Source of the DNA: Octopus bimaculoides
Taxonomy: Eukaryota
NCBI RefSeq assembly: GCF_001194135.2
Contig: NC_068997.1
Span: forward strand, 2,026,127-2,090,126
DNA: 64,000 nt
Reading direction: 5' to 3'
Part shown: in pieces, positions 39,705-52,489 of the stretch
How the letters are laid out: every line of letters starts with the position of its first letter
Numbering within the stretch: the stretch's first letter is position 1
Translations under genes and position numbers: made by a program
The notes under the pieces: model-generated
Told to the model about the DNA's origin: nothing
What the model saw: only the letters and a program-made list of their open reading frames with translations
The model's database searches: none

Positions 39705-40011
39705 NNNNNNNNNNNNNNNNNNNNNNNNNNNNNNNNNNNNNNNNNNNNNNNNNNNNNNNNNNNNNNNNNNNNNNNNNNNNNNNNNNNNNNNNNNNNNNNN
39801 NNNNNNNNNNNNNNNNNNNNNNNNNNNNNNNNNNNNNNNNNNNNNNNNNNNNNNNNNNNNNNNNNNNNNNNNNNNNNNNNNNNNNNNNNNNNNNNNNNNN
39901 NNNNNNNNNNNNNNNNNNNNNNNNNNNNNNNNNNNNNNNNNNNNNNNNNNNNNNNNNNNNNNNNNNNNNNNNNNNNNNNNNNNNNNNNNNNNNNNNNNNN
40001 NNNNNNNNNNN

Positions 40012-40066
<55 letters not shown>

Positions 40067-40191
40067 TTCTCTCTCTCTCTCCATTATATATATATATATA
40101 TAATTATATAATTACATATAGCTGTATAAACATACACTCACGCACTCACACACTCACGCACGCACACAGACACACTCTCACACACACACAC

Positions 40192-40322
40192 ATACGCTAA
40201 CGTTCTTTGCCGCTACAACATGGCTGTTCTGTAAAGAACTGTGTTACTACAATTTAATCCCAGGAAAATATCTTTTACCGACACACAACCTGTGTCCCAT
40301 ATATTATGAGTAAGACCAGGTA
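40192..40322 (-). repeat. Inverted partial copy of the 350-bp hammerhead-containing unit
   Basis: Reverse complement ctacctggtcttac...ggacacaggttgt...ggtaaaagatattttcc...tgtagtaacacagttcttt...aacagccat aligns to 40367-40530 with an internal deletion. Confidence 0.85.
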
Positions 40323-40327
40323 GGTGT

Positions 40328-40372
40328 CCAGTACCGATGAAGAGTAAAGACCTAGAAACTATGGTCTACTCG
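40328..40372 (+). ncRNA. Type I hammerhead ribozyme-like motif, copy 1 (degenerate)
   Basis: CCAGTA-CCGATGA-AGAGTAAAGACCTA-GAAA-CTATG-GTC-TACTCG; mismatches in stems I, II and III. Confidence 0.55.
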
Positions 40373-40677
40373 TCTTACCAAGCTGGAGGGGAATGATTCG
40401 CTCCCTTACTCACAAAGCATTGGACACAGGTTGTATAGCATTAACCAGTTGGAAAAGACGTTTCCTTATGTTAAAATGTAGTAACACAGTTCTTTATAAA
40501 ACAGCCATCTTATAGTTACAAGAAGCGTTACCGTATAGTATTGTTACTACTTATACCGCGTTTAGAGATTTTAGAACTAGCTATTTTGATCGTTACGAGA
40601 CCAGCTGCTGTCTGCTGCTCCTTTGTTTATATATTCTGAGCAGGGAGGATTCACTACCATCTCTAGCAGGCAGATGT

Positions 40678-40722
40678 CCAGTACCGATGAAGGGTAAAGA
40701 CCCAGAAACCATGGTCTACTGG
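40678..40722 (+). ncRNA. Type I (minimal) hammerhead ribozyme-like motif, copy 2
   Basis: Stem I CCAGTA/TACTGG (6 bp perfect), core CCGATGA (U4C variant), stem II GGGT-AAAG-ACCC, GAAA, palindromic stem III ACCATGGT, predicted GUC cleavage after 40716. Confidence 0.75.
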
Positions 40723-41760
40723 TCTTGTCAATCTGGAGTGGAGTGATTCGCTCCTATAATGACAATATATCGGACACAAGCTGTGGGTCGTTAAGCAGCT
40801 GGAAAAGATGTTTTGCTGAGGTTAAAATGTAGTGACACAGTTGTTTATAGAACTACGTTATTGTGGTAAAGAATCGTTGCCGTCTAGTATTGTGACCATT
40901 TATATCTCGTTTAGAGATTTTAGAACTTGCTATATATATATATACTTATCCACATACATGTATATGGATATATATGTTTCCCCCACCTCTCTCTNNNNNN
41001 NNNNNNNNNNNNNNNNNNNNNNNNNNNNNNNNNNNNNNNNNNNNNNNNNNNNNNNNNNNNNNNNNNNNNNNNNNNNNNNNNNNNNNNNNNNNNNNNNNNN
41101 NNNNNNNNNNNNNNNNNNNNNNNNNNNNNNNNNNNNNNNNNNNNNNTATATATGTACATATGTCTATGTCTAAATATATATATGGATCAAAACAGCTTGA
41201 TTCAAATTCGTTGGTACTCTTGAGTTTCAAGCGTGATGATAGTTGTCAGCCATTTTGAATTTGAATGCGCGCGCGTGTGTATATGTGTGTGTGTGTGTAT
41301 GAGAGAGAGTGTGTGTATGTGTATACATAAGCAAAGTTGTATGATTCACAACCCATTCTTTGATTTTATATACCCATATCAAATTATGTAGACTAACTGC
41401 CAAGATAGACTAACTGCCAAGATAGACTAACTNNNNNNNNNNAGTTCCAATTAGCTGCAGTGATGAACTAAATTGTTATAAGAGTATTTCTCGTATTTCC
41501 CTATATATCTATATATGTACATATGTCTATGTCTATATATATATATGGATCAAAACAGCTTGATTCAAATTCGTTGGTACTCTTGAGTTTCAAGCGTGAT
41601 GATAGTTGTCAGCCATTTTGAATTTGAATGCGCGCGCGTGTGTATATGTGTGTGTGTGTGTATGAGAGAGAGNNNNNNNNNNNNNNNATGTGTATACATA
41701 AGCAAAGTTGTATGATTCACAACCCATTCTTTGATTTTATATACCCATATCAAATTATGT

Positions 41761-41838
41761 AGACTAACTGCCAAGATAGACTAACTGCCAAGATAGACTA
41801 ACTGCCAAGATAGACTAACTGCCAAGATAGACTAACTG
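41761..41838 (+). repeat. 17-bp minisatellite (agactaactgccaagat)n, about 4.5 copies
   Basis: Directly visible; a partial copy also lies at about 41391-41432 next to a gap. Confidence 0.9.
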
Positions 41839-43058
41839 ACAATCCAACAAACTGAATTTGGTTCTTCATCACACACAGAGACACAATCAGCCAAAAACAT
41901 TGACTGATCAGGGAACTAGCGTTCTGCAAATCTGAGTTAACCTCTTCTCCCACGTAATTACTTACATCATGTAAATATTGCGTGTTATCAGGAATTCTCG
42001 AAAATTACCAGTAGCCATTTTTTGTTTTATCATAGTTTGGTGCTAAGTATGAGATCAAGGTTCATGCCAGAAGTTTTGAGATTATTTTAAGAGTGAGATT
42101 AACTTCAAAGACTGCATTCTACAAACTAGTCAGCTGTGACATGCAGAATTTAGTAGGGTGTGCTCAAAGTGTTGTAACAGCCCTCTCCTTCAGTCTTGAA
42201 TAATAAGAAAAAATATTTGCAGGTCATCTTATTAGATGCATAGTGATGATATACTAAAATTACAATAATCTTGGACAGTTATAACCGACTCGCATAAAAA
42301 AAAATGTCTAAATCCTTCTGGAATACACCTCATAGATTTGAACATCCTACATGTCAAGTTACTCCTGCCTAACTCCAAAATTTGAATGCTGGTGAGGCTC
42401 CCGAAATGAACTTAGGATGGAATACTAGGTAGTCAATTCAGTAAGTGGGGCCTCACATCATTGAACGGAGCTGGTGTGTCGTAAAGCCGTCCAGAAGAAT
42501 GCACCGAAATAGTGCGCATTTACTTCCGATTCCCCTTGAAAACCTCTGACGAGCCGTATGCGGAGCGCTTAATCAATTGCACGTGCACAAGCAAAACACT
42601 TTCAAAGTCTCGTCCTGACGTGAACGTTGAGTCGCTAAAAATATCCCCATTAATGTAGGATACAAAACAGCACCTTGTGTGTGTGCGCGCGCGCGCGCGC
42701 GTTTGTGAGAGAGAGAGCGCATATGTTGCTGTTTAAATTATTTGAATTCATCTCACAAGGGATCTGAGTTCTAACAAAATTATAAAGCTTCGTCTCTGGA
42801 GTTAGGATGATAAAAACAGAGTTATGTGCTGAACTTAAGAAAATCCAGTATATTTATACCGTTGTACTTACAGCTTTTTGAGATTGTCGTTTGAGCATTT
42901 ACTAACATAGCCAACGGTGCCGAGGACTAACAATATGAACGTGAATTTAGTTCAGGGAGACGAGCTGCAAGTTTCCAGGCTGTACTCCGTAAATAGTTTT
43001 CTTCATGCTGACTCTGGAAGACATATCCACATCTGCACACCACTTAAACTCTAGGTGT

Positions 43059-43091
<33 letters not shown>

Positions 43092-43365
43092 ATTGAGTGA
43101 GTGAGTGAGTGAGTGAGTGAGTGAGTGAGTATAGTATGTATGTATAAATGCTTCTATGGGTGTTTATATCCTGCTACAGCTATCAAGCTATCAAGCATAT
43201 ATGAATGTTTGCATATGTGAGTATGTCTGTATGGGCGAATATACATATTGATGTCTATATTGTGTGTGTGTATGTGTGAGTGAGTGTATATATACAGAGA
43301 GAGGGAGAGAGAGAGAGGGAGAGAGTGAGAGAGAGAGAGAGAGATAAAGAGAGAGAGAGAAATAG

Positions 43366-43416
<51 letters not shown>

Positions 43417-43445
43417 CTGTATGTATGCATACGTATATATGTATG

Positions 43446-43479
<34 letters not shown>

Positions 43480-43483
43480 TGTA

Positions 43484-43518
<35 letters not shown>

Positions 43519-44497
43519 ATATGCATGTATGTAAGTGTATCTATGTGTCTACATGTGTCTGTGCATAAGCGAATAGAGAAGTTTGCGGTCCGGTAGGGTG
43601 TTTGGGGCTGTGGTTGTTTCTATGTAAATATATATGTTTGCTTTTGTGGGTGTTTATATCCTAGTACAGCTATCAAGTCTTTAGCTGTTATCACCCGCTG
43701 TTAATTTCGTCATTTACTGATATGTTAATGAACCATATGACTATACTTTGATAGCTATTAAGACTATCGCTTAATATTTTTTGCTTAGTGATGTGCATTG
43801 CAGTTACTACTTGCTACAAGTACACAGTGAAGTGGGGAGAAATTTCATACATGCTTTGCCAATATAACATTTGGGGTGGTGACCTTAACAATTTTCACAA
43901 TTATCCAATGTGTCCTTTCCTAAGACAGCGGGGTTGTCATTTAGAAATGTGACTCAGTTGCTATTTCTAGAAGATTGAGTGATCAGGTCAGAGTTTCCTC
44001 ATCGGTTCATAAGTCTATAATCCACATACCTAGTATATAACGTAAATCCTTATCATGGTACCTATCATTTTGACAATAATTTCTCAGTTCAAATTCCACT
44101 GTTGTCAACTTCTTTTTCCACTATGTAAGGGGAAAGCAACTTTTACTAGTTAAGTACTAAATCTATTACATCGATTATATGCCGCCTCTATATGTTGAAG
44201 ATCCGATGCAGAAAAGAATTTCTATGTTCATACTTATTGTCACTCTTATTCAATATTGCACATTCATTTAATGATTTACCCATTACCCCTGCAGCAACGA
44301 AATTGACATCAAGGCTTCGCTGAGGAGATGAAACTAGAGTGAACTCTAACCGAAGCTTACTCCCGTACTTGTTGAAATAATGAAAGTACTGTTAGTTATT
44401 TAACTAACGTTTTCTTTTCCACAGTCACTGAGTATTTTAATTGGGTTGGTGGGGCATATTGGATTAAGTGTAAGCGTTATATGTGTGTGTATGCATA

Positions 44498-44528
<31 letters not shown>

Positions 44529-44937
44529 GCATGTGTGTGTGGATATATACATATATATATATATATGTGTATATATNNNNNNNNNNNNNNNNNNNNNNNN
44601 NNNNNNNNNNNNNNNNNNNNNNNNNNNNNNNNNNNNNNNNNNNNNNNNNNNNNNNNNNNNNNNNNNNNNNNNNNNNNNNNNNNNNNNNNNNNNNNNNNNN
44701 NNNNNNNNNNNNNNNNNTATTTATTTATTTATTTATTTATTTATGTGTTTCAGCCAAGTGGCTGCGGTCATGCTGGTGCACCACCGTGAAAAAATTCGCA
44801 GCCTCGCCATATATATATATATGTATATATATGTATATATGCATATATAGATATGTATATTTAATGATATATATATATATATAGAAAGATTACACACACA
44901 CACATACGCACACACACACATACACACACAAGCACAA

Positions 44938-44968
<31 letters not shown>

Positions 44969-45531
44969 CCATAGTTATGGCCGTTAAGAAATTATTTAAG
45001 ACTGAATATATTAATAGCCTATGCAAGCTAATGTATTTTTGCAGTTATCGAAAAATAATTTAATGAGATAATATCTTAATTAGATAAATTATTTTGTTAT
45101 CTAATTAGTACCTTTCCAGTTGACTCCATTTTTCTGCTAACGAATAGCTCAAAGAATAAATTTCTGATAAACTGCATTCAATGGAATTCTTTATAACCAG
45201 ACTAGCTTCGACATTTATGGTATATGGCTCGAATGTGTGTATTTATAGGTGTATATATATATTGCATGATTGTATAAGCAATAAATATTAAGAATGCTTA
45301 TAAGGATATATAGGCATGTGTATGAATGTAGATGTGTGCATTTGCGCCAGTTGAGATTAAAGTTTCTGATTGATTGAATGAAGAGAAAATAAGCAATTGA
45401 GTGAATGGACGAGAAATAAGCCGAATGAGGGGAAGAATAGAAAGAGAAAAATAAATATGTAGACATAATGAGGAGTATTGGACAGAGAGAGTGGTTAGAG
45501 TGAGAGAAACATTTGAGGAGGTAATATAGAG

Positions 45532-45589
<58 letters not shown>

Positions 45590-46526
45590 AGTGGGTGACA
45601 AGTTTAACGTAATGATAAAGATTGAATATATTGATGCATGTTTAATAATATATTGGTATATTATAAATAAATGAGTTAATTTTGAAAGAAAGATGAAAAT
45701 AATAAATTCAAATATTTATATTTCAATATTTTAATTAAGACTTTTGTAATGAAGAGAAATTCAGGAGGAAAATGTGATAAAACGGAAAGTATGGAGCATT
45801 AATCTACGTCATTTAAAGCGGGGTGTCTTTTATTAGCGTTCATAGGAAAGGAACCAGTTCCATTGAAGAATTTAGCTTCAATTTTGCTTCAAGGAAACAT
45901 TCGCTACGATACTGTTCATTTTTATGTGGAAACAAGAAAACTGAAGAATAAAATGGTGTTTTTAAGATGATATATTTAATGAAGAAAATATAAAAGAGCA
46001 GCATTAGTTTTTATATTTCTTTGGCTAATGCTTCAGCGCAATTTTCTAATTCTATATCAGCTCACTTCCTTTTAACCAAATCCTTTTTACAAATCTTAAT
46101 TCTGTAATCCTTTCTTCCATTTGATAGATAATAGGCTATTAATTTTTATATTCATTCCACATTTAATCAGTCGGTATTATGGTTTTATGGAACTGGCACA
46201 CTGCTAATAGACTAGCAGAGGAAATGCCACGCGATATATTGTTGCAAATGCGCAGGTTATGACTTCAATTCTCACTAGGGTTGACTTCCGCTTTAATACT
46301 TCTGAGTCGATACAACAAGGCACTAGTCATATACTGGAAAAGGTATAGTTGACCTAGTCCTATTCTCTGTATCCTTGTCATAAATCATACTATTACAGAA
46401 AGTGGTAGATAGGCAGAGTTGGTGGAGCGCCTAACACCGGGCCTTGTTATATTACTAGTTATTTCTAGCTCACATATCGTTGGGATCGATACAAGAAGTA
46501 AAATCAGATATCGTAATCAACTATAA

Positions 46527-46588
<62 letters not shown>

Positions 46589-47539
46589 TGTGTCCGACAT
46601 TACCTGTCACCCAGTGTACCATTCTCACCTTGTTCATGAATGCTTTTATTGGAATTTACCCGGTTCTTAAAACCTTACATACTTACTCGTTTTTTTTTTA
46701 GCTCTAGTAAGGCTATCCTTCTCCAAGGAGGTTTAATAAGTTTGAAACTCGTCATTTATTATCATTACGACACCAAAATCTCTTCCCACTGCATGCCTAT
46801 TTTATATTTTCATTTAATTTTACTTAATCTAAATATCAAATTAATAATTTTATGCTCTCTTCAAATATAATTCTACACTTACAACACTAACACCAGCTTA
46901 AGTACAATATATTAGCTTAACCACAGGGCCAGTTCTTTGCACCATAAATTAGATTGCTGTTGCGTCAGTTTATTTTAGTTTGTAAAATACGATGCTATTT
47001 AAGATATTAAAATATTTCAATATTTAATTATTGGCTGTTAACAAACAACAATTTCATTTGTACACACAATAAGAAGTGATGACTAAACATCAATTTTACA
47101 CCTCGCTCTTGTTTCATTGCGTTTCATGTTTATTTTGTGAGATTAAGGAGAATCTTAGCAGCAAAACATGGCGTCTTTAATTTCTTCATCGACAAATAGC
47201 GGCAACAGCTTCAAGTGTTCACACTTCTTTCCCGTCCTTTGTTACGTAATCGAGAGGGAATAATCTCCGCCAGGATATGAAACCATGTCAAGGCGAAGCA
47301 CCGTGAAGATATTATGAGGTAGTTTCAATTGCAAGAAGCAGCAGATAAGTCTCCCTCACATTTCACCTTTCCATCTTAAATGGGTAAAAGACATATTGGA
47401 TAGTGTTGTCCTAGATACAGAATATCTTAATAAAAATAGGATGGTTAAGATTGGAAGTATATTAATCTTAGACCTCGTGTGACATGAACGATCTGAGATT
47501 AACCATCAGTAAGAAATGACATATTAAATAATGTAATCC

Positions 47540-47810
47540 GAGATATCATGCGTGATCACGTGACCGACCAGGCTATCAGATGTTTACATCGCTGATCACA
47601 ATGCACTTTTGCATTGGTTTAGCCTTCAAATGACGTAACCCCCCTGGCTCGGTGAGCAGGCCAACAATACCCCCTGATGGAAGAGAGACTGAAGCAATGT
47701 GAAATGAAGTGATTTGCTCAAGAACACAACGTGCCGCCCAGTCAGGGAATCGAGCCAACTATCTAGTGGTCGTGAGTGCAAAAGCCTAACCAGTAGGCCA
47801 TGCGCCTTCA
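47540..47810 (-). mobile_element. tRNA-derived CORE-type SINE (family C)
   Basis: Minus strand gtgaaggcgcatggcctactggttagg...ggctcgattccctgac (A/B boxes) then ttgtgttcttgagcaaatcacttcatttcacattgc (CORE-like). Confidence 0.8.
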
Positions 47811-48689
47811 CAAAATCCTAGATATACTGTGTCTAAATAATAGACGGGATTATCATATCTGAAAGGACATGAATCATAGGTATGCTGGATTTTGGGATGG
47901 CTAAACAGCTACAAGGAAGAACACATTAGTCAATGTAGTCCTAGATGCACTATACCCGGATAAAAAATGGAAGGTTCACTACTGGTATGTATTTATCAAC
48001 ATGATCGACATGATCAGAGCTGAGATCTTCATGAAATGTCCCAACGGTCTAATATGCTATGAAAATATATGAGACGATTTCTGAACTAACTTAAGCAACC
48101 AAGCCATTACTACTATTTTGCTTTATTCCTATATTTTCCGTTTAGTCTTGATATGTGTTTAGCCTTCCTCTTCGACAAAGATCTATATTATATACTGAAC
48201 TTAGGTTTTCTGTTAGGAAAAATGAATGTGGTCTTTGTTGTGCGAACCCTAGCATATCGTTGTTTCGTTGAGAGAGGACAAAATAAAATGTTTGATAAGA
48301 AACTGTAACCCATATCTTAATCAGAACCGTCTTGTAAGTTTTCTTCTCTTTATTTTATTTATTTCTAGAACTACATTATCCAATATATGCTGGATGCTAT
48401 TTGAAAGTGATTAGGCTGTTTTTTTTTTTTTTCCTAACAGGTCAAACGATCACGTAGACTCGTCGCCAGTTTAGTTGTTATTTTTTAGCCGCAGGCTGGC
48501 TCTAGTCAAGCGGACTTCTGATCAAAAAGGTGTATGTGTTTTTTTTTTGTCTTTTTTTTAAGACGATAGCACACAATTTGAAGTGGATTTCCTGGGCATA
48601 TCTAGCAGACTGAGTGACCAAATATAGGTTCCCTCGTATAGTACAGTAAATAATATCAGATGGTAAAGTGAGCTATTAATCTCCTATTT

Positions 48690-48900
48690 AACTTCCGCTA
48701 CGTCTAAAATATTCTAAAGCCTGAAATTTGGTGTGGATATAGTCGTTCACATCTGCTCCAGTGCACAACTGGTATTATTTCATCGACCTAGAAAAGATGA
48801 AAGCAAAGTCGATCTCGATGGAATTTGTAGCCAGAACATAAACAGCCGGAAGAAATGTCGCTATGTTCGGCGTGATAACGACTCTGTCATCTGGCAGTTT
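48690..48900 (-). mobile_element. SINE family B, diverged
   Basis: cctgaaatttggtg...tttcatcgacctagaaaagatgaaagcaaagtcgatctcg...gataacgactctgtc. Confidence 0.75.
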
Positions 48901-49256
48901 CATATACATTTCAAATATATAACACCTTCATGTTCAGACAAATATTGTTCGCACTTATACGAAAAGATAATACCAAAGCTTATTTCGGTTGCCAGACCAA
49001 AATCATTCACTTTATTTGTGCTATTAATGTCCAAGAGAAAGCATGGCATGAATATCGCAATACCATGCTTCATTGTGCACTTTAAACTAGTCTTGTATAT
49101 TTTTGAGGAAACAATGTGTTTCTTTGTGTAATTTTGTGCAGAGTGCAAAAAATATTATAAAAGCTAAGATAGACAAAGAAATACATCACGTCTATCGAAA
49201 TATATGCACATATATAAAGATATGTAAATATGATTACACACACGCACACACACACA

Positions 49257-49319
<63 letters not shown>

Positions 49320-49795
49320 ACATGCACGTAAGTCTTGAACACATTTTCATATCCTTGGAGTTATTTGCTAAAAATCCTTTGCACGAAAGAAAATTGTCGA
49401 TTGTAGCTAAGTGATTCTATTATAGAAAATATTACTATTATTATTGTTGTTGTTGTTGTTGTTGTATGAAGGTATTGTCTTATAAACAACATAAAGGTAT
49501 ATAGAAGGGGTAGAAATGCAAGGAAGCAAATGAATTGTTTTCGTTTCGGGGGAATGTCAGTTGAATCAGACGAAACGACTTCTAGAATGCGTTCTTGTTA
49601 AATTGCTATGATAAAAGAGACGTCAGTTTCAGCTGTAGGAGTTCAAAACCGACATTCCTCTCTAGTGGTGTTCTGCTAAATTGTTAAAACGTAATAACAT
49701 ACGTTAGCTCACACCACGTCATGTGTGTGTTTGTGCTGTGCAGTCGTGCATGTGAGTGTGTGTGCGTGTGTGTGTGCGTGTGTATCCATATATAC

Positions 49796-49835
<40 letters not shown>

Positions 49836-50529
49836 NNNNNNNNNNNNNNNNNNNNNNNNNNNNNNNNNNNNNNNNNNNNNNNNNNNNNNNNNNNNNNNNN
49901 NNNNNNNNNNNNNNNNNNNNNNNNNNNNNNNNNNNNNNNNNNNNNNNNNNNNNNNNNNNNNNNNNNNNNNNNNNNNNNNNNNNNNNNNNNNNNNNNNNNN
50001 NNNNNNNNNNNNNNNNNNNNNNNNNNNNNNNNNNNNNNNNNNNNNNNNNNNNNNNNNNNNNNNNNNNNNNNNNNNNNNNNNNNNNNNNNNNNNNNNNNNN
50101 NNNNNNNNNNNNNNNNNNNNNNNNNNNNNNNNNNNNNNNNNNNNNNNNNNNNNNNNNNNNNNNNNNNNNNNNNNNNNNNNNNNNNNNNNNNNNNNNNNNN
50201 NNNNNNNNNNNNNNNNNNNNNNNNNNNNNNNNNNNNNNNNNNNNNNNNNNNNNNNNNNNNNNNNNNNNNNNNNNNNNNNNNNNNNNNNNNNNNNNNNNNN
50301 NNNNNNNNNNNNNNNNNNNNNNNNNNNNNNNNNNNNNNNNNNNNNNNNNNNNNNNNNNNNNNNNNNNNNNNNNNNNNNNNNNNNNNNNNATATGTGTGTG
50401 TGTGTAATATACATGAAATATGTGTGTGTGTGTGTAATATACTGATAATCTATAAATGTATTTCTGTACGTAAGTGCGTGTCTACTTTCATATATCTGCG
50501 TGTGTGTGTGACTGCACGCGCATTGTGTC

Positions 50530-50576
<47 letters not shown>

Positions 50577-51346
50577 ACGTTTTCACTTCTACAGTTTAGC
50601 TGTTCAGTATTCTATATAACGCGCTGTGTGTGTGTTTGTTAGTGTGTGTATTAGTGTGTGTGTGTGCAACAGTTCCTCAGGTAGACGTGTACAGAGGTAG
50701 GCAAGGTGCGTCAGTAAGCTTAAGTTTTCTTTCTCAATTTGTTCTTTCCAAAGTGCCAGCTTTTACGGCACCATCTTCTAGAACGATTCCTAATTTCAGT
50801 CACAGACTGGAGACAGCTGAAATGGATGAGATTATAATGAAACATTTCAGAAAGTTCTTTCCTTTAAAAATAAATTATATACCAATATATCTTTGGACAA
50901 CTCTTTTATCTGTTGCTACCTCCACTTTCACTTTCTTCTACTTTTCTTCACATTGAATTCTTCAAAGTTTGGCGAATATAAGTTTAAACATAATTCTTGC
51001 AAGTGCTGGTATTAGATGTTTAAACAATTTTAATAGTTGTACATATAGATATAGGCATACATGCATACACATATATGCGAAAATGCATATATACAGACAG
51101 ACAGACACATACACATATACATATGTACATTCATATATACATGTATACATACATGTGCATATGTATATATATATACATACATATACATTTGGTGATACAG
51201 ATAGGAAAAATACACACATCTATACACACTCCCACTTACACACACACACACACACACCACATATGATCTGTATTATTAATCGGAAAAAGTTTCAAAGGAA
51301 ACTCTCTGTCCATGCGTTACTCTGTAACTTCTGTTGTTTATTAGTA

Positions 51347-51388
<42 letters not shown>

Positions 51389-51466
51389 CTATAAACACGC
51401 GCACAAACGCACATGCACACATATATATACGGACATGTATACATGTGTATTTGTGATATGTGTATA

Positions 51467-52272
51467 TGTGATCTGATCAATAAGTATCCGGACTGTTGCC
51501 ATAGTAACGAAGCTAAAGAACGGAGAGTGAAGCCGCATAGCACAAATTTGTCTTAAACTCTGCTACGCATGTGCACTAAGTTTTAACGTTCTAGCCCACT
51601 TCCGCTGTTTACAGTAGTGTTTGGAAGGAACGTGTGTAGCGTGTGATCGTCGTCTTGGCCAAGACAGAGAAAGTTGAGCAGATAATCTACGTCAAATTTT
51701 GCCAAAAGCTTGGCGATACCTGCTCTGAGGCCTACACGAAGTTTTTCAAAATGTTTTCATCGTTCTCAATACAAACAAAGCAATCTTATGCAACTGAAAC
51801 CCGAGTGTCTTTGTGGATATCTGCACATTCTCTGATAACTCGAAGATGGTGATTCGATTATTTCCCCTCACAGCTGCACTTACATCTGCGATGTCTTTCT
51901 CAGTTCTGCTGGCTGCGGGTCTCCCAGAACGTTCGTCAATATCGACATTTTATCGAGCATCTTGGGAACATCTGAAACACTCGTACACTTGTGCGCGGCT
52001 CATATACTCCTCTCCATACACTTTCTGCAACTTTGCGCAGACATCTATGTAGGTATCACCATGAGAGCTTTCTTTGTCGTGTCAATGCGACGATCACACG
52101 CTACACACGTTCCTTCCAAGTACTGCTGTAAACAGCGGAAGTGAACTAGAACGTTAACGCTCAATGCACATGCACAGCAGAGTTCAAGGTCAATTTTGCC
52201 AAGCAGCTTCACCCTGTATGCTTTAGCTTCGTTAATATGGCAACAGTCATGATACTTATTGATCAGACCTTG
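51467..52272 (-). mobile_element. Non-autonomous fold-back mariner element, copy 1
   Basis: TIRs tgtgatctgatcaataagtatccggactgttgccat / caaggtctgatcaataagtatc, TA on both sides, long inverted arms, only HTH-region transposase remnants (KVYGEE..SRAQVYECF...DERSGRP). Confidence 0.9.
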
Positions 52273-52299
52273 TATATATATATGTATATATATGCACAC

Positions 52300-52470
52300 G
52301 CCGAGCTTCTCTTACTTTCCATCTACCAATTTCGCTAATTCACTCACAAGGCTTTGGTCGGCCCGAGGTTTTAGTAAAAGACATGTCGATGGTGCCACGC
52401 AGTGGGCTTGAACCTGGAACAGCTTAGCTGAGAATCAAGCTTCCTATCATAGAGCCTCGCCTGCGCTAAT
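52300..52470 (-). mobile_element. SINE family A 5' half
   Basis: tcactcacaaggctttggtcggcccgagg...ggtgccacgcagtgggcttgaacctggaac...cctgcgc. Confidence 0.8.
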
Positions 52471-52489
52471 ATATATTTTCTTATTAGTA

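Larger units (their letters stand above)
40326..40930 (+). repeat. Two diverged head-to-tail copies of a 350-bp non-coding unit (retrozyme or pseudo-LTR-like)
   Basis: gtccagtaccgatgaag recurs at 40326 and 40676 (period 350); the downstream ggacaca, ggaaaaga...gttaaaatgtagt.acacagtt and cgtttagagattttagaact blocks are shared. Confidence 0.9.

Noticed and set aside
40192-41840. CRISPR-like interpretation of the short repeats here and at 11224
   Set aside because: The repeats are contiguous without unique spacers, there are no cas genes, and the context is eukaryotic.
42544-42575. CTGACGA-GCCGTATGCGG hammerhead-like half
   Set aside because: No GAAA after stem II and no stem I/III complementarity.
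42900-43030. Candidate minus-strand exon after gtgtgcag
   Set aside because: Weak acceptor, short frames and no recognisable product.
44310-44360. CTGAGGA...GAAA with nearby hairpins
   Set aside because: Only 3 nt between the core halves; stems cannot be assigned.
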